From assembly GCA_934352055.1 (NCBI GenBank), contig CAKRJY010000009.1:34207-98206 (forward strand): DNA of 64,000 nucleotides, written 5' to 3'. Positions 1-9,565 of the stretch are shown in pieces (position 1 is the first letter of the stretch; each line of letters opens with the position of its first letter). The notes beneath the pieces are model-generated. The model was not told the DNA's origin. It did no database searches and saw nothing but the letters and a program-made list of their open reading frames with translations. The position numbers and the translations under genes were made by a program. The stretch is from an uncultured Lachnospiraceae bacterium. Its GTDB lineage: Bacteria; Bacillota; Clostridia; Lachnospirales; Lachnospiraceae.

Positions 1-1943
1 TCATCTTTTCGAAGCAGTGATACGCTATTATCCCTCGCTACAACTTCTTTTCCATCCGGATTGTACATTGCAACATCCTCCGCATGCGAATAACAGGTAT
101 CACCAACAGCAAAATGCGGTCCTGTTTTTTCTGCAATTAAAATCGGAAGTTTATCTGCTATATCATAGTCCCTTGCCATGCGATATGCTGTTGTATTTGT
201 TCCAATTGCAAATTCTCCCAGCGGCAATGTCTTATGATGATATAACACGTTATCCTGAATATACTTTTTATTTTCTTCCTCTGTAGCAAAGTTTGCACAT
301 CGATATGCTGTGATTTTTCCATCGGTAAATGTGATTTCCAAATCCTTGTAGCAAAGTTCTCCCAGATAAACCTGGGTTACATGCAAGACGCCATTGGTAC
401 CCTCAAGCACCGGTGATGTAAATACTTCACCTACCGGAATATTCACATCGGCAACACAATTTTCAAAAATGGTCTCCTTAGACGGATCCTGTAATGGATG
501 CAGCTTTACCGTAATATCGGTATGGTTTGCACCACGTCCTGTCACATGGACACTTTCTCCCTTGTCTAAAGCATCAATGATATGCTGCTGTATGTTTTGA
601 TATTTTTCATAATCAAGTGTATTGAGTAATACCGTTTTTTCAAAAATCTCTTCGAACTGGTCTCCAATTGCGGGCACCGGATATGCGATAATGGTAAAAC
701 TGTAAGCTTCTCCCGGAATATACGTATTTGTGACTTTTCCGGATTCGATTGCACTATACACATTCAGTGAATTCTGCTTATCTGTATATTTTGCATTTGC
801 CTCTTTATTTTGGGGTGCAAATGGTTCTTCTCCAAAGACCTCAACGACTGCAGGACCTCCAAAAGCAAGTGCCTTATCCTTTTCTTTTTCAAAGGTATCG
901 CGCATGATTTCCAGACGTCTTTCCACAAATGATTTGTCAAAATAATACGCCTTGTCATCCTTATGATCATAATCAAACTGACGGTTCATAGAAACACTAT
1001 AATAGCCTCGCTTGCCGCCGCCTCTGCCATACAAAGAAATGGTAGCTTCCCGCAGAATAGTCGTCTGTAATCCCATCTCGGCAAACTGCTGTATTGCAGC
1101 TCTTACCATACGCTCCATACCAACAGGTGCCTCTATTTTTACTGTCTTTTTCGCCTTTAAGTCTTTTCCGGTAACTTCAAAGCCTTTGCGATAGCCCTCG
1201 GTAAAGGTGTGCGCCATGGCATCAATCTTCTCTTGTGGCATCTGTCGTAAATAATCTGCCATCAAAAGCTCATTACTTCCAATTGGTGCACCAATACGGT
1301 ATAAATAGCGATTATCCGACAAGTCTGCTTCTTCTATCCACTTTGTGAAAAAATCGTACGAAGCATCGATCATCGGATTTATGGTATCCGGCACAAAAAT
1401 CTCTGCATAATCATGGTAAAACCAATAAATCGCATCTTTTACATTGCCTGCAATCCACTGCTTTGAATCCTCGGAAAAGGCCACCAGCCCTTCTTCCTGC
1501 TCCTGTGTCTCTTCCACGAAAAATCCATGCATTTCTACAAATAATTCGCTCCAGATACAAAGCAGATCCAAGCGGCCTTCGTATGCATCCGGTATCGTCG
1601 ACAATAAATCGGCGTACAACATACTCAGCATGCCACCCAATTCTTTTCCCAAGATGCGCTGCGCATACGCCGGATTCAGATAACTTTTGTCGTATACTTC
1701 AGGTCGCAGGCGGTCATACAACGCATCATGCATCTGCTGACGCTGTTCTAATGCATATGTCTCATATGTTTTTTCTATGATACATGCATAACTTTTTTTC
1801 ACCAGACTAAGAAAGGCTGCCACTTCACGGAAATATGATGCAAATGGCTCTACAATCTCCGCATCCTGCTCCAATTGTTCTATTCGCTCACTCACAAGCG
1901 AAAAACGTTCTTCATATTCTTCCATCTGTTCCAACTGTCTCAT
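1..1943 (-). CDS. M29-like (aminopeptidase T/PepS-type) aminopeptidase, long form; 3' end runs off the left window edge
   Basis: Absent from the ORF track because it has no in-window stop. My reverse translation from ATG 1943-1941 (MRQLEQMEEYEERF...) stays open to base 1. The C-terminal half has NIPVGEVFTSP...LGEFAIGTN...GPHFAVGD, the pattern of M29 aminopeptidases. Confidence 0.6.
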   Translation of the reverse strand, partial: MRQLEQMEEYEERFSLVSERIEQLEQDAEIVEPFASYFREVAAFLSLVKKSYACIIEKTYETYALEQRQQMHDALYDRLRPEVYDKSYLNPAYAQRILGKELGGMLSMLYADLLSTIPDAYEGRLDLLCIWSELFVEMHGFFVEETQEQEEGLVAFSEDSKQWIAGNVKDAIYWFYHDYAEIFVPDTINPMIDASYDFFTKWIEEADLSDNRYLYRIGAPIGSNELLMADYLRQMPQEKIDAMAHTFTEGYRKGFEVTGKDLKAKKTVKIEAPVGMERMVRAAIQQFAEMGLQTTILREATISLYGRGGGKRGYYSVSMNRQFDYDHKDDKAYYFDKSFVERRLEIMRDTFEKEKDKALAFGGPAVVEVFGEEPFAPQNKEANAKYTDKQNSLNVYSAIESGKVTNTYIPGEAYSFTIIAYPVPAIGDQFEEIFEKTVLLNTLDYEKYQNIQQHIIDALDKGESVHVTGRGANHTDITVKLHPLQDPSKETIFENCVADVNIPVGEVFTSPVLEGTNGVLHVTQVYLGELCYKDLEITFTDGKITAYRCANFATEEENKKYIQDNVLYHHKTLPLGEFAIGTNTTAYRMARDYDIADKLPILIAEKTGPHFAVGDTCYSHAEDVAMYNPDGKEVVARDNSVSLLRKD

Positions 1944-1975
1944 TATTACTTCCTACTATTTTCTTTTTTGGATTC

Positions 1976-2302
1976 CTATCCGATTAAAATCCCAATGCAA
2001 TACAAGATAATCCAGCACGCTGTTGCAATAGCCGGTACAATCACGCCTACCATGCGGGATATTTTTTCAAAATTATCATTGCGCAGCATGCGCGTTCCTA
2101 CCACACATGCCGCAACAGAAAAAATCATAGCCAGCACGCAGATTCCACCTACGATATTTGCACTTGCTCCATCGGTACGTGAAGCTATTAACAGTGCCAA
2201 TGCCATAACAAGAAGCGATGCTACACCGCCAACAGCTGCGCCAATCGATGGTGTGGATAACGGTTTCTTTTGCCCGCTATATCTTCTATTTCTTCGATTC
2301 AT
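1976..2302 (-). CDS. small integral membrane protein (about 108 aa), unknown function
   Basis: Track ORF 1976..2350. The internal ATG at 2302 (MNRRNRRYSGQKKP...) is preceded by GGAGG. It has a basic N-terminus followed by three or four hydrophobic helices. Confidence 0.5.
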   Translation of the reverse strand: MNRRNRRYSGQKKPLSTPSIGAAVGGVASLLVMALALLIASRTDGASANIVGGICVLAMIFSVAACVVGTRMLRNDNFEKISRMVGVIVPAIATACWIILYCIGILIG

Positions 2303-2732
2303 GCTTATCTTTCCTCCAAATCCAGTAACACAAATAACCCAGCATGCCACCTAATGTATTTAAGATGACATCATCCACGTCACAACAGCCTACGCGCGTA
2401 ATTAGCTGAATCACTTCCACTGTAATCGAAAATTCCATGGAAAATAACGTCACTGCCCCAAAGTTTAATTTTCTGGTACTGATACAAGGTAAAAAGAACC
2501 CAAATGGTGCAAAACCAATGATATTGCCCAGCAAATTCAAGCATACTCTACCTATGCCAATCGAACGATAATAACGTAGGTAACGCATAATCTCCTGAAA
2601 CGGGATCAGATTATATCGATAATAATCCGGTGTACTTTCCCGAAATGACTCTGCAAAAAACAAAAAATATATTAATAATGCCAGATACAGTGCAAACAAC
2701 ACATGATATTTGCCCTTTTTTTCTTTTTTCAT
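2286..2732 (-). CDS. VanZ-family membrane protein
   Basis: LLGNIIGFAPFGFFLP...EVIQLITRVGCCDVDDVILNTLGGMLGY is the VanZ-like pattern. Start chosen at MKKEKKGKYHV (2732) to avoid overlapping pyrE; a start at 2759 is possible. Confidence 0.65.
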   Translation of the reverse strand: MKKEKKGKYHVLFALYLALLIYFLFFAESFRESTPDYYRYNLIPFQEIMRYLRYYRSIGIGRVCLNLLGNIIGFAPFGFFLPCISTRKLNFGAVTLFSMEFSITVEVIQLITRVGCCDVDDVILNTLGGMLGYLCYWIWRKDKHESKK

Positions 2733-2745
2733 ATAACCATCAGTT

Positions 2746-3432
2746 CTACTGTACGCCATATTCTGTGTAATATGCGTCAATAGACTCCTTCATAGAATCG
2801 TCAATAACTATTCTACCCTGATATTCGTGATTATATAAGTGCTCTACCACTTCATCCATAGATACAATGGCATTTGTTGCAAAACCATATGTCTCTGCCA
2901 CTTCATCCAATGCTGATTTGCTGCGATCTCCGGAAAGTCCGACTTCCTGACGATTCAGGCTAACCATAAGACCAACGATGGTAACATCTCCCTGTGCACG
3001 TACGATTGGAACGGTCTCTTCCATAGATTTGCCGGAAGTTGTCACATCTTCAATCATAACCACGCGGTCGCCATCTTTGATTTTATAGCCCAGAAGAGAA
3101 CCCATATCTGCGCCATGGTCTTTTGCTTCTTTACGGTCTGAGCAATATTTTACTTCCTTACCGTACAAACGATAGAATGCCTCTGCTGTAATAACAGCGA
3201 GCGGAATCCCCTTGTATGCCGGTCCAAACAGTACATCAAAATCCTCGCCATATGCATCGTGAATCGCGCGGGCATAATACTCACCCAGTCGCATCAGCTG
3301 TGAGCCACTAACATATGCACCGGCATTCATAAAAAATGGAGATTTACGACCACTCTTTAATGTGAAATCGCCAAATTTTAAAACATCACTCTCTACCATA
3401 AACTCAATGAATTCCTTCTTGTAACTTTCCAT
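2746..3432 (-). CDS. pyrE: orotate phosphoribosyltransferase
   Basis: 228 aa. Has FGDFTLKSGRKSPFFMNAG and the PRPP-binding loop VVMIEDVTTSGKS. AGGAGG RBS. Confidence 0.9.
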   Translation of the reverse strand: MESYKKEFIEFMVESDVLKFGDFTLKSGRKSPFFMNAGAYVSGSQLMRLGEYYARAIHDAYGEDFDVLFGPAYKGIPLAVITAEAFYRLYGKEVKYCSDRKEAKDHGADMGSLLGYKIKDGDRVVMIEDVTTSGKSMEETVPIVRAQGDVTIVGLMVSLNRQEVGLSGDRSKSALDEVAETYGFATNAIVSMDEVVEHLYNHEYQGRIVIDDSMKESIDAYYTEYGVQ

Positions 3433-3627
3433 ATAAATAAGACCTCCTGTTTATGCGGCTTTGCGCCGTTATTGTCATCACATTACTATACATCAAACCA
3501 CCTTTCTCCTATAGAGCAGAAAGGATTCCAAATTTCGTTCCCATTCTACCATAAAACCTCATGGGTTTCAATGTGTATTGGCATTAGCAGCAGCTTCTCC
3601 AGATATAAAAAACAGACATCATCACAG

Positions 3628-3666
3628 GCAAAAAGAACGCCCCCACAAGCGTTTCTGCCTGTGGGA
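3628..3666 (-). terminator. putative rho-independent terminator downstream of the GH78 gene
   Basis: On the minus strand, cccacagg/cttgtggg form an 8-bp stem (one G-U pair), followed by gcgttcttttt. Confidence 0.4.
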
Positions 3667-3812
3667 GCATTCTATCAAATCATCATGTATGGTTGTGGGT
3701 ATTTGGAACGTTTTTGATTGTGCCTTTACTTGTACTTGTATTATCAGTTGCTTTGGTATTTCTTTTTGATCAAGCCATTACAGAATAAGTGGTTGAATAA
3801 ATTCCCTACTTC

Positions 3813-6374
3813 CTACAAGTCATATTTTCCAGCGCATAAAACTCTTGTCTCCTCACCCGGTAAGGTAACCTCTGCCTCAGTATTCGCAGGAATAACAATA
3901 TGATATCTAACAGAACCATCCACTCGCTTCCAACCACTCACCACTTTACCATAAACAGAATCATATAACATTTCAATCTCATCTAGATCACTCACTAAAT
4001 GCGGTTTAATTATAAAATAATTTTTCTGTTCACTGAGTTTTATACCACATACAGTATCAAATATCCATTGGCAACAAGCTCCCTTAGAATAATGATTCAG
4101 TGATGCATCATCTGTCCAATTCTCCCAAACTGTAGTTGCTCCATTATTAATCTGTTGTACCCATCCCAATTCCGGATTTACAAGCATGCGATACGCATCG
4201 TCAGATTCACCTGCCTCAGATAAGCACTCAAATACAAATGGTGTCGTCAAAAATCCGGTACCAATCTTATAGTCACGCTCACGATTTAATTTTACGATTT
4301 TACTGAGTAATACGCTTCTAACCTTATCATCAACAAGTTTTAATCCGCATGGACGTACAAACTTGCACATTCTATTCGTCTCAATCTTTCCATCTTTTAC
4401 AAAATAATAGTTGTAGGATTCTTTTGTTTTTTCTGCAATCTTTTTATATTCATCCGCAAGATCATTCTCTTTCATATACATTGCCATCTCACTCATAAGA
4501 GCTGCATCATAGGAAAGATATGCCGTCGCCTCTTCCACCATAGGTATCATCATCTTATATTGTGACGGAGCGCAGTCCTCTGGTTCTGTCCATTCGCCAA
4601 AATCTCTTCCACAAGCACACAGATATTTGTCAAATTTAGTCCTTGGTGGATACAGCAATGAAAGAAGATTTCTCTTTCCCATTCTTCCCTTATAAAATTC
4701 AAAACACTTTTTCATTGGCTCCCAAAATTTTTTCATAAGAGAGTCATCTCCATATCGTTTCCAATAATAATATGGAATCATTATAAGAGCATCCCCCCAT
4801 CCGGCACCGCCTTCCACAGACAGCCACTCCAAAATCTGAGGATTATTTGGGTTTGATGGATTAATATTATAAATAAGTCCATTTTCTTTCTGTGAATCAA
4901 CTACATCCTGAAGCCATTTATGAAAAAAGCTTCTTTGATCCATCATATAATTTCCCGTATTAAAAAATAACTGTGCGTCTCCAGTCCATCCGGCACGTTC
5001 TCTGGTAGGGCAATCAGTTGGTACATCAAGAAAATTTCCCTTTACACTCCAGAATGTATTTTTTACAATTTGATTGAGCATATTATCAGATGATGCAAAT
5101 TCAAATGAAGTATCCATATCACTGTATACTGCAATTGCAGTAAAGTTTTCCGGTTTTATCTCTTCCGGCCATTCAAGCAACAATACGTATCTAAATCCCA
5201 TTACTGTAAATTTAGATTTATATACATGTTTATTACTATCACAGATTATGTCTACTGTCTGAAAATGGCACGTATCATACTCACCTTCCCAAGAGATGTT
5301 TTTATAAGTAAAGTTTCCATTTTCATCCAACTTCTCACCAAATACCATCTGGCACTTTTTACCATTTGCTCCACATAATGTCGTTTCCACATATCCAGCT
5401 ATATTCTGATGAAAATCCAGAACAGTATGACCATCCGGACATTTTATGATTGTCGGATTTGCAAACCTCTCCTGCTCTCTTACCGGGACATTATTAGATG
5501 CACAAAGTATTCCATCATATTGGGTCGTTCTTGCGTTCCCACTGTAGGATGGCGTACATGAATAATCTACAATTTCACCATCTTTCATATCCGCTAATCT
5601 GATTGGACCATCATTCGACCATTCAAATTTTTCATCCGTGCATACATCTTCCACAGTGCCATCTTCATATACAATTTCCAACTGCCCCATTACTTTTGGT
5701 TCATGCCCATAAGTCTTTGCCTTTCCAAATACCCCTGTCTTACTTGCATAAAACCCATCTGCAAGTTCTATTGTCCAAGAATTTGTCTTTTGTGAGAACA
5801 TTTCCGTCACGTCATACACCTGATAATGAGCCCTTTTCTGAAAAGCTGTCGCCCCCGGTGCAAAAACCTGATCACCAACCTTCTCTCCATTCAAATAGGT
5901 TTCATATAAGCCACATGCAGTCATGTACAATCGAGCGTGCTTTACTTTACCAGAAAGCGTAAATTTCTTTCTAAAGTAATCTACCGGATATCTTATTTTC
6001 GGATTTTTCTCATGGTCATAATCTCCCATGATAAACGTTGCTTTCCAATCAGATTTTTCCAATAAACCCATTTCAAATGTTGCGTACTCGCTCCACTCCC
6101 CCTGGATACCATTCTCGTTCGTAAGGCGAATGCAACAACGTACGATATCTCTACTTTTAAAATTATCCTCAAATCGAAACTCCATGATATCTGTATTTGC
6201 TCTGATAATCTTTGTTTCTCTGCATTCCGCTCCAAAACTTTGCACATTGTATTCAATCTCATATGCACTTTGCTTTATCGCATCTCGACATTTCCATGTC
6301 AATACTGGATTCTTTTCATCAATCCCTATCGGATTTTTCATATATGCGATTTTTAGATTTATTGCCTGAATCAT
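3813..6374 (-). CDS. alpha-L-rhamnosidase, glycoside hydrolase family 78
   Basis: 853 aa. DVPTDCPTRERAGWTGDAQLF is the GH78 six-hairpin catalytic-domain signature. Confidence 0.85.
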   Translation of the reverse strand: MIQAINLKIAYMKNPIGIDEKNPVLTWKCRDAIKQSAYEIEYNVQSFGAECRETKIIRANTDIMEFRFEDNFKSRDIVRCCIRLTNENGIQGEWSEYATFEMGLLEKSDWKATFIMGDYDHEKNPKIRYPVDYFRKKFTLSGKVKHARLYMTACGLYETYLNGEKVGDQVFAPGATAFQKRAHYQVYDVTEMFSQKTNSWTIELADGFYASKTGVFGKAKTYGHEPKVMGQLEIVYEDGTVEDVCTDEKFEWSNDGPIRLADMKDGEIVDYSCTPSYSGNARTTQYDGILCASNNVPVREQERFANPTIIKCPDGHTVLDFHQNIAGYVETTLCGANGKKCQMVFGEKLDENGNFTYKNISWEGEYDTCHFQTVDIICDSNKHVYKSKFTVMGFRYVLLLEWPEEIKPENFTAIAVYSDMDTSFEFASSDNMLNQIVKNTFWSVKGNFLDVPTDCPTRERAGWTGDAQLFFNTGNYMMDQRSFFHKWLQDVVDSQKENGLIYNINPSNPNNPQILEWLSVEGGAGWGDALIMIPYYYWKRYGDDSLMKKFWEPMKKCFEFYKGRMGKRNLLSLLYPPRTKFDKYLCACGRDFGEWTEPEDCAPSQYKMMIPMVEEATAYLSYDAALMSEMAMYMKENDLADEYKKIAEKTKESYNYYFVKDGKIETNRMCKFVRPCGLKLVDDKVRSVLLSKIVKLNRERDYKIGTGFLTTPFVFECLSEAGESDDAYRMLVNPELGWVQQINNGATTVWENWTDDASLNHYSKGACCQWIFDTVCGIKLSEQKNYFIIKPHLVSDLDEIEMLYDSVYGKVVSGWKRVDGSVRYHIVIPANTEAEVTLPGEETRVLCAGKYDL

Positions 6375-6523
6375 ATATTCTCCATTCCAAGTTCATTCGT
6401 CAATAACTCATATACCTGTCTGTATACCTTAAATGCCTCTGCATCCTTCAAAATCATTGCTTTTTTCGTTGCCCATGATTCCTGCTTCATAAAGTTTTCT
6501 CTGCCAGCACATACACGACTCAT
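6371..6523 (-). CDS. possible 50-aa ORF translationally coupled to the GH78 gene
   Basis: MSRVCAGRENFMKQESWATKKAMILKDAEAFKVYRQVYELLTNELGMENI. Its TGA overlaps the GH78 ATG (ATGA). Weak RBS and no recognisable family. Confidence 0.2.
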   Translation of the reverse strand: MSRVCAGRENFMKQESWATKKAMILKDAEAFKVYRQVYELLTNELGMENI

Positions 6524-6574
6524 CAAGTCATTATCCACTTTTCTCGTGCCTATTTATCCTCGAATTTTATACTC

Positions 6575-8062
6575 TTACCTCTTTTGACTTCCATCCTCAT
6601 TCAATCCATTCTCTACTCTAAGTTTCTTTAAATCTTTTTCAAGGTTAAAGAATGCAAATAAAATTACACATATTCCCAGAAAGATAAGTGGCATCCAGTT
6701 GAATGCAAAATTAATTCCCGCCATGGCAGAGTTTACAGTGTCCACTCCACCCTCAATATATTTATTAAATCCCGCTTCTCCAAGCGCTGCAAGTTCTGCC
6801 CAATCATCAAAACCATTGTCTACAACACCCTTCGTCAAATAATCAAAACTTGTCAGTGACAAAATAAGTCCGATGATTACTGAGCTCAATGAGGTAGCCA
6901 TCTTTTGTGCAAAACTTACAAATGAAGAATACATTGCCTCTGCTATAACACCAGTCTTATACCGTCCGTATTCCATACATTCATAATTTATCTGTGAGCC
7001 AACACATGCAACCAGAATATTAGGGAGACTCACAAATAAGTATCCTATCATCTGTATCGGAAGTAATGATGGCATAATTAGACGAAGTACCACCCCAATC
7101 ATCGCAAATACAATGGACATCTGTATCACTTTTGCAGTACCAAATTTCTTGCATAGCTTTGGTATAAAGAAAAATACCGGCATCTCTACCACAGACACAG
7201 CCATTACGATAGAAAACACACTCAAGTCTCCATATACATACTGGAAATAATACTGACCCGTTGTAAACGAACTCATCATAACAAGCATGTATAAGAAATT
7301 AATTACTGTGTACATCATAAGATATTTATTCTTAAGCACACTTTTTAAAAAGGTTCCAATAGGCACTTTCTCTATTGCTTCCTTCGCATCATATCCACCA
7401 AAAGAAGCGAGTTCTTCCTCTGTATATTCTTTGCATATCATAAACGAAATTAAAGATGTTACGATTCCAAATACTCCCACAATCAAAACAAGAATTACAA
7501 ATCCCTGTTGTGATCCGTGAAATGCATTGATAATTGCCGGAAGTGCCACTTGAAGCCCAAGTGAGCCAATAGCAAATACAACCCCTATAATCGTGAGTGT
7601 TTTAATTCTGTTTTCCTCTTTTACGATACTTCGTTTAATATTTGTTTCGTATGCAATATTGGTCATGGTAGAAAAGATTGCACTATGCAATGTTGCAAAC
7701 ACCGTAATATAAACTACCAACCCCATATCGCTCATCAACGCTCTTGGTGCCAGAAAAACGAGTATAAGTGTAATCCACATCGGGATTGACGCAAGTATCC
7801 ATGGCCTTGCCTTTCCCCATCTTGTATGTGTAGAGTCAACGATTGTTCCCATCACAAGATCCGTAAGCGCATCAATTGCTGTCTTAATAGCCACTCCAAT
7901 CGAAATCGCTGCTGCTGCAATGCCAAGACTATTGGTAGCGAAATACGTAACCTCTCCTATCATAAGTCCCGCTAAGATATTTCCTAATCTTAACAATGCA
8001 AATCCCAATGTCTTCTTTTTTGAAAATTTCTCATCTGCAATATTTAATTGCGTTGTCTCCAT
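6575..8062 (-). CDS. glycoside-pentoside-hexuronide (GPH):cation symporter, MFS superfamily
   Basis: 495 aa with about 12 TM segments. GPH signature DSTHTRWGKARPW. AGGAGG RBS. Confidence 0.8.
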   Translation of the reverse strand: METTQLNIADEKFSKKKTLGFALLRLGNILAGLMIGEVTYFATNSLGIAAAAISIGVAIKTAIDALTDLVMGTIVDSTHTRWGKARPWILASIPMWITLILVFLAPRALMSDMGLVVYITVFATLHSAIFSTMTNIAYETNIKRSIVKEENRIKTLTIIGVVFAIGSLGLQVALPAIINAFHGSQQGFVILVLIVGVFGIVTSLISFMICKEYTEEELASFGGYDAKEAIEKVPIGTFLKSVLKNKYLMMYTVINFLYMLVMMSSFTTGQYYFQYVYGDLSVFSIVMAVSVVEMPVFFFIPKLCKKFGTAKVIQMSIVFAMIGVVLRLIMPSLLPIQMIGYLFVSLPNILVACVGSQINYECMEYGRYKTGVIAEAMYSSFVSFAQKMATSLSSVIIGLILSLTSFDYLTKGVVDNGFDDWAELAALGEAGFNKYIEGGVDTVNSAMAGINFAFNWMPLIFLGICVILFAFFNLEKDLKKLRVENGLNEDGSQKR

Positions 8063-8346
8063 ATTTTCTCCTCCTAAATTCAGCGTTTTAATAGCATTGC
8101 CCTTAAAACTTTTTCCTTTGCGAGTTTAATCATACCTTCTGATTTCAAAATATAACATCTCACCGATTCATACATATTTCACTCCCATAAAAAAAACTTC
8201 CCACTTTTATCTGTGATGAAACTCATATTGAAATTTTCAAATTAACGTAATATAATTTCTATACTAACAGTTTCCACATGCCATTGTCATGTTTTACTGT
8301 ATTTTCAGCATTTCAAATGTTTTCATTTTCAAAGAGGAGTTTATCC

Positions 8347-9432
8347 ATGGAAATAAAAGGTACTGATCAGATTTATCATATTTTGCAAAACTTAAGTAAT
8401 CTGGAGATGGCATTTCTGGACTATTCGGATAATAATAAAGACTTCGTAGAGTATCATACTTATATCGAATACTTCAACAGCTATGCCATTAGAAATCATA
8501 ATCTTTCACGATTTTACTTTCCGATAGCTATTACTCCAGAACTCAATCTGCCAAAGTACATTACGGATATTGGCACTGTTCCAGAAAAGCTCAATATTCT
8601 ACCCGGATACGATTACGCTATGGCAAAACAGTTCAATTTTCCCGGCGGAGCACCTCACTCCTGCGAATACTACTCTTTATTCTATATCATTGAAGGCAAG
8701 GCGGAGGTTACGATCAAAAATTCACAGTTTGCCTTATTTCAGGGTGACTTTATTTTCATACCACCTCATGTTCAGTATATGATTACGTCTGTCCCTGAAA
8801 GTATTTGTATATGTTTTAACCTAAAACGCAGTTTTGTCACGGCACAGTACTCAGATATCTTTCATGACGACAAACGTCTAACCACATTTCTTATGGATAG
8901 TCTCAATGAAAATAATCAAATGAACTATTTGATTATCCGAACAAATGCCAACGAAATCATTAAAGATTTAGCACTTAACTGCTTTGCTGAATATATCAAT
9001 CAAAATAAATATGCAAATAATATTATGAAAAACTGTTTATCGCTTATTTTCACCTATGTGCTTAGAGACGAAAATACCCAGATAGAATCATCTATCCGGG
9101 TAAGTCAGAATGATCTCCAATATCAGAGAATCATCGATTATTTAAAACAAAATTATCAATTTGCATCTTTGAATTCCACAGCTGAATATGTCCATTACAC
9201 CAAGCAATATGTCTGCAAAATTGTAAAAGAAGCTACCGGAAAAACATTTAATACCGTTCTTATAGAAATACGTCTTGCCATCGTCTGCCAGTATCTAGAA
9301 AACAGTGATTTCTCTCTGGAATACATTTCAGAACTATGCGGTTTCTCTGTAAGTTCTCATCTTAGCCGCGTCTTCAAAGAACACTATGGCATGACACCTA
9401 GTGCTTACCGCAAAGCACACAATCCGCATTAA
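8347..9432 (+). CDS. AraC-family transcriptional regulator (cupin-like sensor plus C-terminal HTH)
   Basis: Start at MEIKGTDQ with a GAGGAG RBS. C-terminus is ...ISELCGFSVSSHLSRVFKEHYGMTPSAYRK. Divergent from the GPH/GH78 genes. Confidence 0.85.
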   Translation: MEIKGTDQIYHILQNLSNLEMAFLDYSDNNKDFVEYHTYIEYFNSYAIRNHNLSRFYFPIAITPELNLPKYITDIGTVPEKLNILPGYDYAMAKQFNFPGGAPHSCEYYSLFYIIEGKAEVTIKNSQFALFQGDFIFIPPHVQYMITSVPESICICFNLKRSFVTAQYSDIFHDDKRLTTFLMDSLNENNQMNYLIIRTNANEIIKDLALNCFAEYINQNKYANNIMKNCLSLIFTYVLRDENTQIESSIRVSQNDLQYQRIIDYLKQNYQFASLNSTAEYVHYTKQYVCKIVKEATGKTFNTVLIEIRLAIVCQYLENSDFSLEYISELCGFSVSSHLSRVFKEHYGMTPSAYRKAHNPH

Positions 9433-9540
9433 GTCCGCTATACGTTCCGCCATCCTATCTGCTCCAAGCGCATTCGGATGGATTCCATCTGCTACGAACC
9501 ATTCCGGGTGAGTAGCGGTAAATATATGTAGATCAAGCCA
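9433..9540 (-). pseudogene. relic of the C-terminus of an SGNH/GDSL esterase
   Basis: The minus-strand frame reads LDLHIFTATHPEWFVADGIHPNALGADRMAERIAD, i.e. SGNH block V (DGxHPN..G...MA). There is no start codon, an upstream in-frame stop, and only about 36 recognisable codons. Confidence 0.55.
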
Positions 9541-9565
9541 AAAATATATTTACCTTTCATGAACT

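Noticed and set aside
3433-3812. A PyrR-binding attenuator or other riboswitch upstream of pyrE.
   Set aside because: There is a hairpin plus T-run and a cctttct/agaaagg stem. I could not find the conserved PyrR-loop sequence (..UCCAGAGAGG..). The hairpin is adequately explained as the terminator of the upstream GH78 gene.
5603-5962. Long antisense or alternative-frame ORFs throughout the track. Examples: 5603..5962, 13214..13492, 14286..14723, 21590..21922, 25578..25862, 28593..28877, 41826..42343, 44166..44654, 54720..55223, 61188..62129.
   Set aside because: Each lies wholly inside a longer ORF on the other strand or frame that has clear family motifs. Several arise from low-complexity or repeat DNA, which keeps antisense frames open.
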